NCBI GenBank assembly: GCA_963769425.1
Contig: CAVYLP010000006.1
Coordinates: 224,001 to 288,000 of the forward strand
Length of the DNA: 64,000 nt
Reading direction: 5' to 3'
DNA from: Candidatus Bathyarchaeota archaeon
Lineage (GTDB): Archaea > Thermoproteota > Bathyarchaeia > TCS64
Made by a program: the position numbers and the translations under genes. Numbering within the stretch: the first letter of the stretch is position 1; each line of letters opens with the position of its first letter. The notes under the pieces are model-generated. The model searched no databases. It worked only from the letters and a program-made list of their open reading frames with translations, and was not told where the DNA came from. Positions 9,492 through 19,268 of this stretch are shown here, piece by piece.

Positions 9492-10433
9492 TTGAAGCGC
9501 ATACTCCTCGACACCGACCCGGGCGTCGACGACGCCCTCGCATTCCTCCTCGCCTTCGCGAGCCCCGAGATAAAGGTCGAAGCCGTCACGACCGTCGACG
9601 GTAACGTCGATGTTGAGAAGGGAACCCGTAACGCTCGGCAACTGCTCGAGTTCCTCGGGAGAGATGACGTCCCCGTAGCGCGCGGCGCCTCGCACCCGAT
9701 GCTGAGGCCGATGGGGAACGCGGAGAGCTTCCACGGGAAGACGGGGCTAATGGACGCGGTGCTCCCCGAGCCGAGGATGAAGGTGGAGAAGAGGGCCGCG
9801 GCCCAGCTCATCATCGACGAGGCGAACAGGCTCGGGAAGGAGCTGACCCTCGTCGCCATCGGGCCGCTGACAAACATCGCCGCGGCGATCCTCACCGACC
9901 CGACGATCCCCGAGAAGGTGGGGGGCCTCGTCATCATGGGCGGCGCCTTCGCCCTCACCCCATACGGCTCCGGGAACGCGAACGCCGTCGCCGAGTTCAA
10001 CGTTTGGCACGACCCAGACGCGGCGAAGCTCGTCTTCGACAGCGGCATACCCATGGTCTGCGCAGGCCTCGACACCACGATGCACCCCGACTACAGGATG
10101 AGCAAGGCCATGTACGGGGAGATGGTGGCGAAGAAGTGGAGGCGCTCCGAGCTCATCAAGGGACTCTGCGGCGCCCTCGTGGAGAGGTTCAACGGCTTCA
10201 GCCTCCACGACCCGATGGCGATGGCCTACGTCGCCGACCCCACCATGTTCAAGACGGAGAAGTACAAGGTCGAGGTCGAGACGACGGGCACACACACGAT
10301 GGGGATGACGGTCGTAGACCGGCGCAGATACCACCGCGAGGAGAACCTGAAGGCGAACCACGATGTGATCGTCGAGGTGGACGCCCCCAGGTTCCACAGG
10401 ATGGTCTCCGAAAGGGTCGGCAAGGGTGGCTAG
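9492..10433 (+). CDS. nucleoside hydrolase (IU-NH family)
   Basis: DTDPGVDDA, GNV, IGPLTN, AEFN.W.DP.AA, LHDP. Confidence 0.95.
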   Translation: MKRILLDTDPGVDDALAFLLAFASPEIKVEAVTTVDGNVDVEKGTRNARQLLEFLGRDDVPVARGASHPMLRPMGNAESFHGKTGLMDAVLPEPRMKVEKRAAAQLIIDEANRLGKELTLVAIGPLTNIAAAILTDPTIPEKVGGLVIMGGAFALTPYGSGNANAVAEFNVWHDPDAAKLVFDSGIPMVCAGLDTTMHPDYRMSKAMYGEMVAKKWRRSELIKGLCGALVERFNGFSLHDPMAMAYVADPTMFKTEKYKVEVETTGTHTMGMTVVDRRRYHREENLKANHDVIVEVDAPRFHRMVSERVGKGG

Positions 10434-11390
10434 TGGTGGCGGACCTCATCACCTGCGGCGCCATAAACTGGGACATCAATCTCTTCATGGACAGGCTCCC
10501 CCGGGCGGGGGAGGAGGTCCCAGTGAGGGAGATACAGCGCGTCAGCGGGGGGACGGCGGCGAACGTCGCCGTGGCGTCAGCCCGGCTCCTCGGCAAGAAG
10601 CGCGTCGCCTTCATAGGCGCCCTCGGGAAGGACGAGATCGCCGACAAGCAGAGGGGCATCCTCTGGGAGGAGGGCGTCGACGACTCGGGCCTCCTCTTCG
10701 TCCAGGGTGAGGAGTCGGGTCAGGCATACATCAGCATAGGCGGCGACGGTGAGAACGAGATACACACCTACTTCGGCGCCAACCTGAAGCTGGACGGCGT
10801 CTGCCTGCGCGACCCTGAGAGGCTCAAGTTGATCGGGGGTTCGAAGGTCTGCGTCATCATGGACCCGCCGCTTGAGACGGCGAGGTGCCTAGCGGAGCTC
10901 TGCAGGGAGCACGGCGTCACCGTCATCTGGGACCCCGGCGTCTACGCGGGGCTCGGCCTCGACGCCCTAGCGCCAACCCTCGCGAACACCGACTACTTCA
11001 TACTCAACCACCTCGAGTACGAGAACCTCCTCGGCACCAGCTCCGCCCACGAGATCGCGAGGATGATGCACGAGAGGTTCAGGGGGCGTCAAGTGCATAA
11101 TCAAGCACGGAGCGGAGGGGTGCACCCTCACGCAGGACAGCGTCGGCGCGATGATACACGTCGACGCGGTTCCCATTGAGAAGTTTGGGATGACCGTTGT
11201 GAACCGGGTCGGGTGCGGAGACGCCTTCATCGGCGGCTTCGCCTCGGCGAAGGTCGAGGGGCTGGAGGACACGGAGGCACTCCGCTGGGGGAACGCGGCG
11301 GGCAGCTTCAAGGCGACGAAGAAGGAGACGCGCGGCGGCCCCACGAAGGCACAGCTCCTAGACCTCATCGAGAAGTGGAGGCGCCTATAA
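10433..11390 (+). CDS. PfkB-family sugar kinase (ribokinase-like), frameshift in the G run near 11082-11086
   Basis: SGGTAANVA, WDPG, LNHLE, then KHGAEG and VGCGDAFIGGF in the shifted frame. Confidence 0.85.
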
Positions 11391-11861
11391 GTGTCAAACA
11401 ACCTCCGCGGCTCTAAGCGGGTCTCAGCCTACCTAGACGAGAGGGAAATCAAGGCAAGAGTCGTCACCCTCGACGAGTCGACGCGGACAAGCCAGCTCGC
11501 AGCAGACGCCCTCGGGTGCACAGTCGCTGAGATTGCGAAGAGCATAGTCTTCAAGGCGGGGGAGGGCGCCGTGGTCGTCGTCATCAGCGGCGACAGGCGC
11601 GTGGACGCGAAGAAGGTCTCCGCCCACCTCGGCGTCAAGGTGGGGAACGCCGACGCCGACGCGGTGAAGGCCCTCACAGGCTACCCGATTGGCGGCGTCC
11701 CACCCTTCCCACACGACGCGGGGGTCAAGGTCCTCCTCGACGGAAGCCTCACACGCTTCGAGAAGGTATGGGCCGCGGCGGGGACCCCGAACTCGGTCAT
11801 GAACCTCGCCGTCGAGCAGCTCAGGGGAATAGTCGGCGGCTTCGTCGACGTCGCCCAGTGA
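11391..11861 (+). CDS. YbaK/EbsC-family aminoacyl-tRNA deacylase
   Basis: IAKSIVF, TGYPIGGVPPF, WAAAGT. Confidence 0.9.
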   Translation: MSNNLRGSKRVSAYLDEREIKARVVTLDESTRTSQLAADALGCTVAEIAKSIVFKAGEGAVVVVISGDRRVDAKKVSAHLGVKVGNADADAVKALTGYPIGGVPPFPHDAGVKVLLDGSLTRFEKVWAAAGTPNSVMNLAVEQLRGIVGGFVDVAQ

Positions 11862-11901
11862 GCCGCACCTATCTTATACACGTTTGTACATCTCTCGATC
11901 C

Positions 11902-12597
11902 ATGTACAAGCGCATAGGCATCCTCGGCGGGCTCACCCCCGAGTCGACGGTCCCATACTACATGCATATCATCCACCGCTACGAGGAGCTGTTCCACAAC
12001 CAAGCCTACCCTGAGGTGGTCGTCTTCAGCGTCAGCTTCCAGCGCTTCGAGGACTGGATGGCGGTGGAGGACTGGGAGAGCATGGAGCTTGAGCTCACGA
12101 AAGGGCTGCACGCCCTACACGATGCTGGGGCGGACTTCGCCGTCATCGCCACCAACACGATGCACAACCTCTACGAGAAGCTCGACAGGAGGAACATCAT
12201 ACCGATGCTCAGCCTCGTCGACGCGACTGGGGCCGAGGTTAAGAAGGCGGGGATAAAGAAGGTCGGCCTCATAGGCACCAAGTTCGCGATGAACAAGCCC
12301 TACTACCGCGAGGGGCTCGCGAAGTACGGGATCAAGGTGGTGGTCCCCGACGAGGAGGACCAGAAGGAGGTCGGCAGGGTCATCTTCGAGGAGCTCGCCT
12401 ACGGTATCCTCAAGGACGAGAGCAGGAAGGGCTACCTCGCGATCATGGATCGGCTCAAGGCGAAGGGTGCCCAGGGAGTCATCCTCGGGTGCACCGAGAT
12501 ACCCCTACTCATCAAGCAGAGTGACACGAAGATCCCAGTCTTCGACACGACGACGATCCACGCCGAGGCGGCTCTCCAGTTCGCCCTCAAGGGCTAG
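11902..12597 (+). CDS. aspartate/glutamate racemase family (YgeA-like)
   Basis: IGILGGL.PEST..YY, ATNTMH, LGCTEIPL, FDTT. Confidence 0.92.
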   Translation: MYKRIGILGGLTPESTVPYYMHIIHRYEELFHNQAYPEVVVFSVSFQRFEDWMAVEDWESMELELTKGLHALHDAGADFAVIATNTMHNLYEKLDRRNIIPMLSLVDATGAEVKKAGIKKVGLIGTKFAMNKPYYREGLAKYGIKVVVPDEEDQKEVGRVIFEELAYGILKDESRKGYLAIMDRLKAKGAQGVILGCTEIPLLIKQSDTKIPVFDTTTIHAEAALQFALKG

Positions 12598-13250
12598 CGG
12601 CCTATCAGCTTCGTCAGCTCGGCTAGGCCGTCGATTATGTAGTCGGGGTGAAGCGTCGCAAGTTTATCCATGCTGTGGGTGCCGGTGGTGACGCCTACGG
12701 TGTGGACCCCCGCCCGGACCCCGGACTCCAACCCGATTGTGGTGTCCTCGACGAAGACGGCCTCCCACGGCTTCACGCCGAGGCGTTCGAGGGTGAGGTT
12801 GATGATGTCGGGGGCTGGCTTCGGGTGTGCGACGTCGTTTATGCCGAGGATGAGGTCGAAGTAGTCGCCGAGGCCGAGCTTGCGCAGTAGGCGGGTTGCC
12901 ACGTCGCCTCGCTTCGTTGTGGCGACGCTCTGGAGGTAACCAGCCGTCTTGAAGTGGGCGAGGGTCTCCTGGACGCCGGGGAGTATGTGGGTCTTACTTG
13001 GCCCGATGTCGGCGTATATCTCGATGAACCTGTCCCAGCAGGCCTGGACGCCGCCGTGCTTCGCCTCGGGGAGGACGCGCCTAAACATGTCGGTTAGCGG
13101 TAGGCCTATCATCTCCTCGATCTGTTCCCGGGGGCAGGCGACTTCACCCTGCTCCTCGACGACGCGGTTGAAGGTCTCGACTATCGCCTCGGTGGAGTCG
13201 ATGAGGGTGCCGTCGAGGTCGTAGATGACTAGGCGTATCCCGTTGAGCAC
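12594..13250 (-). CDS. HAD-family phosphatase (phosphoglycolate phosphatase-like)
   Basis: DLDGTLIDS motif I; KPAPD. Confidence 0.9.
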   Translation of the reverse strand: MLNGIRLVIYDLDGTLIDSTEAIVETFNRVVEEQGEVACPREQIEEMIGLPLTDMFRRVLPEAKHGGVQACWDRFIEIYADIGPSKTHILPGVQETLAHFKTAGYLQSVATTKRGDVATRLLRKLGLGDYFDLILGINDVAHPKPAPDIINLTLERLGVKPWEAVFVEDTTIGLESGVRAGVHTVGVTTGTHSMDKLATLHPDYIIDGLAELTKLIGR

Positions 13251-13326
13251 GGCTGGGATAGGGGCGCCCGGCGTTTAAACGGTTCCTAGCACCAAGCTTT
13301 TTCCGCGTCCCTTCCATCGGATACCC

Positions 13327-13680
13327 ATGAAACACTTTTACTACGCCGAGGCCCCGCTCGAGGACATCGTCTCCCCAGCCGTCGAGGCGAGGAGGAGGTG
13401 GCTCGTCGACGCAGCGACTGGAGCGCCTAACTTTACGGTTGCCGAGGTCGAGGTCAAGCCCGGGGGCAGCACCCTCCACCACTCCCACCCCTACGAGCAC
13501 GCCATGTTCGTCCTCGAGGGCACAGGGGAAGTAGTCGAGTCAACGGGAACAAGCCCGATCACCCCCTGGGAGGTACTGTACATCGCCCCCAACGAGCTGC
13601 ACCAGATAAGGAACACGGGGGGCAAGATGCTAAGGTTCCTGTCCATAGAGCCAGTGATGAAAGAGGAGAAGAAGCCCTAG
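13327..13680 (+). CDS. cupin-domain protein
   Basis: PGG...HSHPYEH.MFVLEG.G...PNELH..RNTG. Confidence 0.9.
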   Translation: MKHFYYAEAPLEDIVSPAVEARRRWLVDAATGAPNFTVAEVEVKPGGSTLHHSHPYEHAMFVLEGTGEVVESTGTSPITPWEVLYIAPNELHQIRNTGGKMLRFLSIEPVMKEEKKP

Positions 13681-14201
13681 AGGTCTAGGGGCTTCCCGTA
13701 GGTCTCCGCGTGGAAGACCTCCTTGAGTGCCCTACGTGACTTCGGTTCCGGTGTCTCCGCTGGGACGCCGATTGGGAGGAGGCAGATGACCTTCTTGTCC
13801 TCGGGTATGCCGAGGAGGGCCTTCACCTTCGCCTCGTCGAAGGCGCCTATCCAGCAGGTGCCGTAGCCGAGGCTCCACGCGGCGAGTATCATGCTCTCGA
13901 CGGCGATCATCGGGTCCCGCTCGACCCACTTGTTGTAGCCCCCGGGGGAGCTGGCGGGGTCGCCGAGGACGGCGAGGAAAGCGCCAGCTTCTGCGGTCCA
14001 CATCTGGTTACTCGCCGCGGCGGCGAGCTTCTTCCTCCGATCCGCGTCGCGGACTACTACGAAGCCCCAGGGCTGCTTGTTCCCCGCCGAGGGGGCGAGT
14101 CTACCTGCCTCGAGTATCTTCTTCAGGTCGCCGTCCGGCACCGGGACGGGCTTGTACTTCCTGACGCTCCTGCGCGTCTCTATGGCTTTGAGAACGTCCA
14201 T
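13677..14201 (-). CDS. nitroreductase family protein
   Basis: MDVLKAIETRRSVRKY, APSAGNKQPW, GYGTCWIG. True start probably ATG 14201. Confidence 0.92.
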   Translation of the reverse strand: MDVLKAIETRRSVRKYKPVPVPDGDLKKILEAGRLAPSAGNKQPWGFVVVRDADRRKKLAAAASNQMWTAEAGAFLAVLGDPASSPGGYNKWVERDPMIAVESMILAAWSLGYGTCWIGAFDEAKVKALLGIPEDKKVICLLPIGVPAETPEPKSRRALKEVFHAETYGKPLDL

Positions 14202-14332
14202 ACTGACGGGAGAGGCAGCTCGTCTTATATTAACTATTCTCGATTTGATACAGGTGTCACGAGGCCGAGAGCCACCAAACTCATGAAATGAAAAAATCGT
14301 TATACATAGTAGCATGCAGTGAGGGAAGATGA

Positions 14333-14357
14333 GAGAAAAGGCCCCGGCGACCGGGGC
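14333..14357 (-). terminator. hairpin plus pyrimidine tract after the uL10 gene
   Basis: Minus strand reads GCCCCGG-TCG-CCGGGGC followed by CTTTTCTC, 11 nt after the stop. Confidence 0.55.
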
Positions 14358-14368
14358 GACTACTCGGC

Positions 14369-15226
14369 CTACTGGGCGGGTTTCTTCGCGTCGACCTTCT
14401 CCTGCAGGCTCTTCGCCTGGGCGTTGGCCTTCGCGATTATCTCCGCGGCCGTGTCCGGGGTGATGTACCCTGCCTCGACTGCGACCCTCTTCGCGTTCTG
14501 GAGGGCCATCGTGACGAGCGTCGGGGCCGTCGCGGCCGTGACGTACTCGCCGGCGAGGGCGACCTGGAACGCTCCGCCAGCAGCCTCCATGAGCTGCTTC
14601 CTGTAGCTGGGAACGTTCAGCACCAGCTCGGAGCCGGGGATGATCATGCCCCTCTCGTAGACGCACTTGAGGCTGAGGCCGCTCTGCGCGGCCTTTATGC
14701 CGAGTCTCTGGAGGAGGTCCGCCATGTCCGCCGTGATCTCGTCGCCCCTCTCGGCGATGACCGTGTCGGCGATGACCCAGATGTTACCCGCCTCGATGCG
14801 GGTCTTGATGCCGAGTCCGCCGAACTTGCTGATCATGGGGCCCGGGCTGATCCCGGTGTTGCCCGCGGGGATGGTTAGCTCCTTGAGCGCCTTGTCCCCC
14901 GCCTTCGCGAAGCTCTCCACCTTGCTCTTCTCGAGGTTAAGCGCCAGCTTGAAGGGGTTCCCGTTGGTGAAGAGGAACATGTTCTGCCCCGCCACCGCCT
15001 TGATGAACTCCTCCGTCGCCGGCTTCTCCGCCTTCTCCATGCTGATCCTCATCAGCGTGTTCTTGACGGTCTTGATCTCGAGCTGCCCCCTCAGGCTCTT
15101 CCTGAGGTCCATCAGCATACCGCTCTGCACCTTGTTGAGGTCCGCCACCGCGATGACGTCGTACTTCGCCAGTAGCTTCATCGTCTGCTCGACGACTGCT
15201 GCCTTCTGCTCAGATACCTGCGACAT
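14369..15226 (-). CDS. rpl10: 50S ribosomal protein uL10 (P0)
   Basis: VKNTLMR, TNGNPFKL, PAGNTG..PGP; position after uL1. Confidence 0.95.
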   Translation of the reverse strand: MSQVSEQKAAVVEQTMKLLAKYDVIAVADLNKVQSGMLMDLRKSLRGQLEIKTVKNTLMRISMEKAEKPATEEFIKAVAGQNMFLFTNGNPFKLALNLEKSKVESFAKAGDKALKELTIPAGNTGISPGPMISKFGGLGIKTRIEAGNIWVIADTVIAERGDEITADMADLLQRLGIKAAQSGLSLKCVYERGMIIPGSELVLNVPSYRKQLMEAAGGAFQVALAGEYVTAATAPTLVTMALQNAKRVAVEAGYITPDTAAEIIAKANAQAKSLQEKVDAKKPAQ

Positions 15227-15236
15227 TCATGCCACC

Positions 15237-15881
15237 TCAGAACAGCCTGACGGCCTCTCCCATGGTCGTCTTAAGGTAGATGCTCTTGACGTTCGCGTAG
15301 CCCCTCTTCGTCGCTGCGACGAGGTTGTTGAGGATGGCCTCGATGTTCTGGGCGACCTGCTCGTCGGTCATGTTCTCCCTCCCCACCATGCAGTGGCAGA
15401 ACATCTTGTCCCTCGTCCTAAGCACGACGGCCCTGCGCTCGCGCTCGATGACGTTGTCGACGGGAGCCTGAGGCGGAACCGGGGTAGGCATCTTGCCGCG
15501 CGGACCCAGAATGGGACCTGCGACGCGACCCACCGTCGGCATCAACGGCGCCTCACTGATGAATATGTCGAAGCCCTTGAGCCTCTTCTTCGCAGCCTTC
15601 TTGTCCTTAGCCAGCTCAGCCAGCTCCGCCGGCTCGATGACCTCGTCGGCCCCGCTCCTGCGGGCCCTCAGTGCGAGGTCGCCGCCCGCGAAGACGAGGA
15701 CCTTCTGCCCGCCGATCCCGTTGGGGAGCTGGACGCGCAGGTTGACCCTGTTCTCGGGGCGCTTCATGTCGAGCTCGCGTAGGTTGATTGCCAGCTCGAA
15801 GGTCTGCTCGAAGCGGCGCTTCTTCGACGCCTGCCTCGCCTTCGTGATGGCCTCGTTTATGTCCTTGCGTTGGAGTGACAT
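15237..15881 (-). CDS. rpl1: 50S ribosomal protein uL1
   Basis: KRRFEQT.EL.INL, LGPRGKMP.P, KTTMG. Start ATG 15881. Confidence 0.96.
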   Translation of the reverse strand: MSLQRKDINEAITKARQASKKRRFEQTFELAINLRELDMKRPENRVNLRVQLPNGIGGQKVLVFAGGDLALRARRSGADEVIEPAELAELAKDKKAAKKRLKGFDIFISEAPLMPTVGRVAGPILGPRGKMPTPVPPQAPVDNVIERERRAVVLRTRDKMFCHCMVGRENMTDEQVAQNIEAILNNLVAATKRGYANVKSIYLKTTMGEAVRLF

Positions 15882-15883
15882 GC

Positions 15884-16369
15884 TTAATCCTCCTTGAGCT
15901 GGGCGTCGTAGGCCCCGCTCTTTATGAGGTCCTGGACCTCCTTGGCGGGTTTGCCGTCGACGGTGACGCCCATGCTGTGGCACGTGCCGAGGACCTCGCG
16001 GACTGCCGCCTTGATGTTAGCAGCGTAGAGGCCCGCCCTCTTCTTCTTGGCGACGCTCACGAGCTGGTCGAAGGGCAGGTCACCCACCTTCGCTGAGTGT
16101 GGCGTGCCCGAGCCCTTCGTGATGCCGACCGCCTGCGTGAGCAGGGCGAATGTACTCAGCATCCCGACCTTGACCGTGAACTCCCTCGTGTCCGTGTCTA
16201 TGAACACGTCCACTGGGACTGGGGTCCCCTTGTACTCGCCGGTCTGCTTGTTGATATCGGCGACGATACTCATGATGTTGACACCCATCGGACCCAGCGC
16301 TGGGCCGATCGGCGGACCACCTGTCGCCCCGCCACCCGGGACGATGAAGTTGAACTTCTTTTCCACCAA
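15884..16369 (-). CDS. rpl11: 50S ribosomal protein uL11
   Basis: GG.A..GPPIGPALGP.GVN, GTC.SMGV. Confidence 0.96.
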   Translation of the reverse strand: MVEKKFNFIVPGGGATGGPPIGPALGPMGVNIMSIVADINKQTGEYKGTPVPVDVFIDTDTREFTVKVGMLSTFALLTQAVGITKGSGTPHSAKVGDLPFDQLVSVAKKKRAGLYAANIKAAVREVLGTCHSMGVTVDGKPAKEVQDLIKSGAYDAQLKED

Positions 16370-16372
16370 TTT

Positions 16373-16843
16373 CTAGTTAGCTCCTTTAACCTCCCGGACA
16401 TAGTCGGCGTGGACGGTTATCGGCAGGCTAAAAGCCGCCTCCAGGATCTCGATCGTTACTTCCTCCTTGGAGGTATCCACGCGCACCACCCTCGCCTGCA
16501 TCCCCTTGAAGGGCCCAGCTACGACGTCCACCAGGGTGCCCTCAGCCAGGCCCTCGATGGCCGGCTTCGTCTCAAGGTAGTGCTCAACCTCTTCGGGTGA
16601 GACAGTCCCCTGGACGCGCTCCCTGGCATAACGGACGCCCCTTATGAGCTCGTCGACCATGTGAGGGTTGGCGCTCTCAATGATTATGTAGCCCTTCAGC
16701 TCCGACGGCGCCAGTATCGCCAGGACTGAAATGTGCTCGATCTTCGCCTTATCGGCGAGCATATCGGCTACAGTCCTTTCCTGGCCGTTTGTAACCTTCA
16801 CCGCGAAGAGCTGGGTCTGAGGCTTGTCTGGCACATCTGCCAC
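16373..16843 (-). CDS. spt5: transcription elongation factor Spt5 (NusG)
   Basis: FAVKVT.GQE, LKGYI.IE, KOW motif GPFKG. Start approximate. Confidence 0.93.
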   Translation of the reverse strand: MADVPDKPQTQLFAVKVTNGQERTVADMLADKAKIEHISVLAILAPSELKGYIIIESANPHMVDELIRGVRYARERVQGTVSPEEVEHYLETKPAIEGLAEGTLVDVVAGPFKGMQARVVRVDTSKEEVTIEILEAAFSLPITVHADYVREVKGAN

Positions 16844-16922
16844 GTCCGGTTGCACCGTAAGCGTAAGCAGATGGCTAATATTAATATTGCTAAGTTGGGG
16901 AAAATTGCGCCGTTTGGGACGG

Positions 16923-17102
16923 CTAGCCTCCACCGACTGGCTGAAGCACGACGGCGACGAGGCGTATGATGTAGCCGATGACCCCGAGAACGCCGACGCC
17001 GAGGAGCACGATCTTCAGGCTTAGGCTGAACGTCTTCCAGTCGGGCCTGTTGATGGTGACCAGAAGCCTCCTCGCGCTCTCGATGAATTCCTTGATGCCC
17101 AT
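16923..17102 (-). CDS. secE: protein translocase SecE/Sec61-gamma
   Basis: Manual translation MGIKEFIESARRLLVTINRPDWKTFSLSLKIVLLGVGVLGVIGYII... (59 aa); ftsY-secE-spt5 synteny. Confidence 0.88.
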   Translation of the reverse strand: MGIKEFIESARRLLVTINRPDWKTFSLSLKIVLLGVGVLGVIGYIIRLVAVVLQPVGGG

Positions 17103-17142
17103 CGGTTACCGCCCTCTCAGGCGCGTAGTGCCCTTAAATCCT

Positions 17143-18054
17143 TTACGAATCCCCGAGGAGCTTATCCGCGAACCACCCCGCGTCGAAGGGCTGGAGGTCG
17201 TCGTACCCCTGCCCGACGCCGACGTAGATGATGGGCTTCCCCGTGAGGAAGCTGACACTCAGGCTCGACCCCCCCTTCGCGTCGGCGTCCACCTTCGTGA
17301 GTATCGCGGCGTCGAAGCCCACCGTCTTGTTGAAGCTGAGGGCCTGCTCCGTCGCGTCGTTGCCGATGAGGGAGTCGATGATCATTATCGTGAGGTCGGG
17401 CTGGACGACGCGCTTGATCTTCGTCAGCTCATCCATGAGGTTGCGGTTCGTCTGCATGCGCCCCGCGGTGTCTATGAGGACTGCGTCGATGCCCCTCGCC
17501 TTCGCGTACTGGACGGTGTCGTAGCCCACGGCGGCGGCGTCGCTCCCGTATTGGTGCCTGATGATCTTCACGTCGAGGCGCCTCGCGTGCTCCTCCAGTT
17601 GCTCGATGGCCCCCGCCCTGTAGGTGTCTCCGGAGGCGAGGACGACGGTGAAGCCGCTCTTCTGGAGGAGGTGTGTGACCTTGGCGATGCTGGTGGTCTT
17701 CCCGGTGCCGTTGATTCCGACGAACATCATGACGTAGGGGCGGCCCTGCTTCTTCGCCTCGGCGACGGCCTTGACGAGGTCCACGGCCTTACCCGTCTGC
17801 ATCACCGATTCGATTGACTCCTTTAACGCCTTCTTGACGACGTCGGATTTGCTCCCGAAGCGGTTGGCCTCCTCCCCCATGAGGCGTGTCTTCAGCTCCT
17901 CGCAGACCTTCTCGGCGACCTGCACGGAGACGTCTGCGCCTATGAGCTGCATCTGTAAATCCCAGACCAGGGGCTCGAGGTTCTTCTCGGTTAGGCCCGT
18001 CTTAGAAATCTTCTCGACTATGCCCTTTAGGCCCTGCTTGAGCCTATCGAACAT
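17143..18054 (-). CDS. ftsY: SRP receptor FtsY
   Basis: GINGTGKTT, DTYRAGA.EQL, DTAGR, TKVD.DAKGG, GVGQ.Y.DL. Confidence 0.97.
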   Translation of the reverse strand: MFDRLKQGLKGIVEKISKTGLTEKNLEPLVWDLQMQLIGADVSVQVAEKVCEELKTRLMGEEANRFGSKSDVVKKALKESIESVMQTGKAVDLVKAVAEAKKQGRPYVMMFVGINGTGKTTSIAKVTHLLQKSGFTVVLASGDTYRAGAIEQLEEHARRLDVKIIRHQYGSDAAAVGYDTVQYAKARGIDAVLIDTAGRMQTNRNLMDELTKIKRVVQPDLTIMIIDSLIGNDATEQALSFNKTVGFDAAILTKVDADAKGGSSLSVSFLTGKPIIYVGVGQGYDDLQPFDAGWFADKLLGDS

Positions 18055-18490
18055 TGGGGGCCCCACCCTGAAGCTCGGCTGAGAGCCGGTTCCCTACTTC
18101 CTGGTGGCTCTGCATCTGGGCTAGGACCTGTCCCAGCTGCTCCTCGACCGAGGCGAGCGTCTTCTCGACCTCCTCGAGGCGCTTATTCACGTCCTCTAGG
18201 GCCTTTGGGAACTCCATCTCGACGGAGACGTCGGCTCCTATGCCGACTATGACCTTGTCGAGGGGGTCCGTCTTGGCGTGTATGAAGGCGGCGCCGCCGA
18301 TGGGGACGAGCATCGGGGTCTCTGGCTTGAGTTCCTTCATGTCGTTGAGGCTCTGCTGGCTCACCCGCAGCTCCTGCTGGGCGCTGGTGAGTATCTGGAG
18401 CCTCTGCTGGAGGACCTGAGCGGTGCCCTCCATCATCTGTAGCTCGTATAAAATCCTGCGTAGCTGGTCCTCTTTGTTCGGGGAGGCCAT
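18044..18490 (-). CDS. pfdA: prefoldin alpha subunit
   Basis: Coiled coils flanking LVPIGG and V.IGA.V.VE hairpins. Confidence 0.93.
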   Translation of the reverse strand: MASPNKEDQLRRILYELQMMEGTAQVLQQRLQILTSAQQELRVSQQSLNDMKELKPETPMLVPIGGAAFIHAKTDPLDKVIVGIGADVSVEMEFPKALEDVNKRLEEVEKTLASVEEQLGQVLAQMQSHQEVGNRLSAELQGGAPNVR

Positions 18491-18495
18491 GGGGG

Positions 18496-18705
18496 TTAAC
18501 CCGCCTTCTCCGGCTGGACTTCTTCTACGCTTAAGATCGTTATCTGGTTGCGCTTGGCGCGGTGGCGGCTACCCATCTCGGCGTAGATGCGCTCGACGGC
18601 GTGCTCCATCTTGGCCGCCCTTATCTCCTTGCTGAAGGCCATGGGGATGAAGAACTTCTGCTTGTTTATCTCGCCCGTGACCCGGAAAATCTTTACTTCG
18701 CTCAT
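18496..18705 (-). CDS. rpl18a: 50S ribosomal protein LX (eL20/L18Ae)
   Basis: F.KEIRA....A.E.IY..MGSRH..KR.QI.I. Confidence 0.93.
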   Translation of the reverse strand: MSEVKIFRVTGEINKQKFFIPMAFSKEIRAAKMEHAVERIYAEMGSRHRAKRNQITILSVEEVQPEKAG

Positions 18706-19101
18706 TCCTTCTTCTCAGCCTCTACCTTGGGTTCTTCCTCGGCTTCCGCCTTCGCTTCGACCTTCGGCTCTTCCTCAGCCTTCGCCTTTGACTTGGACTC
18801 CTTCTGGATCCTTCTTGGGCTCTTCCTTCGCCTCGGTCTCGGCCTCAACCTCGGCCATCGTGATCGTGACTTTGCCGTCGTCGTCCTTGGTCATCTTGAC
18901 CCTGATCTTATGGGGCGGGCTCTTTATTCCGCGTGCCCAGATGGCCTCGTTGACGGTTGTGTCGACTGTTATGGTCTCCGCCTTCATGTGGCGCTTGGCG
19001 AACGCCTTGAGGACCATCATGGCCCTCTCGCTCCGCCTGTAGCGCTGGGCGTTCCAAGCCTCCTTGAGAGGGACCGTGTATATTCGCTCGGTTTCAGACA
19101 T
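18702..19101 (-). CDS. rpl31e: 50S ribosomal protein eL31 with acidic repeat tail, one extra base near 18805
   Basis: ERIYTVPL, NEAIWARGI..PP.KIRV. The K/E/A tail continues in the shifted frame to TGA 18702-18704, overlapping the LX ATG; span 400 = 3n+1. Confidence 0.88.
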
Positions 19102-19107
19102 GTTCTA

Positions 19108-19266
19108 TCAGTCCTTGAGTTTCCTTGTGCGCCATGCGCGTACGCTCTTGGGGCTCCAGCGTACCTTGCCGTTGGTCTTGGCTATGATCCACGCTGGGAC
19201 CGATCTGCTGGACTTCCCCGCCTTGATGAGGCGGAGCTTGTACGCGAGCGGCTTGTTTCTTGCCAT
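19108..19266 (-). CDS. rpl39e: 50S ribosomal protein eL39
   Basis: Manual translation [52 protein letters not shown]. Confidence 0.93.
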   Translation of the reverse strand: MARNKPLAYKLRLIKAGKSSRSVPAWIIAKTNGKVRWSPKSVRAWRTRKLKD

Positions 19267-19268
19267 CG

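Noticed and set aside
10004-10432. Long Arg-rich N-terminal extension of the PfkB ORF
   Set aside because: It overlaps the nucleoside hydrolase in another frame; the real start is the GTG at 10433 or 10436.
16877-16888. Perfect 12-bp palindrome AATATTAATATT between secE and spt5
   Set aside because: Most simply an AT-rich promoter element for spt5; no second copy was noticed.
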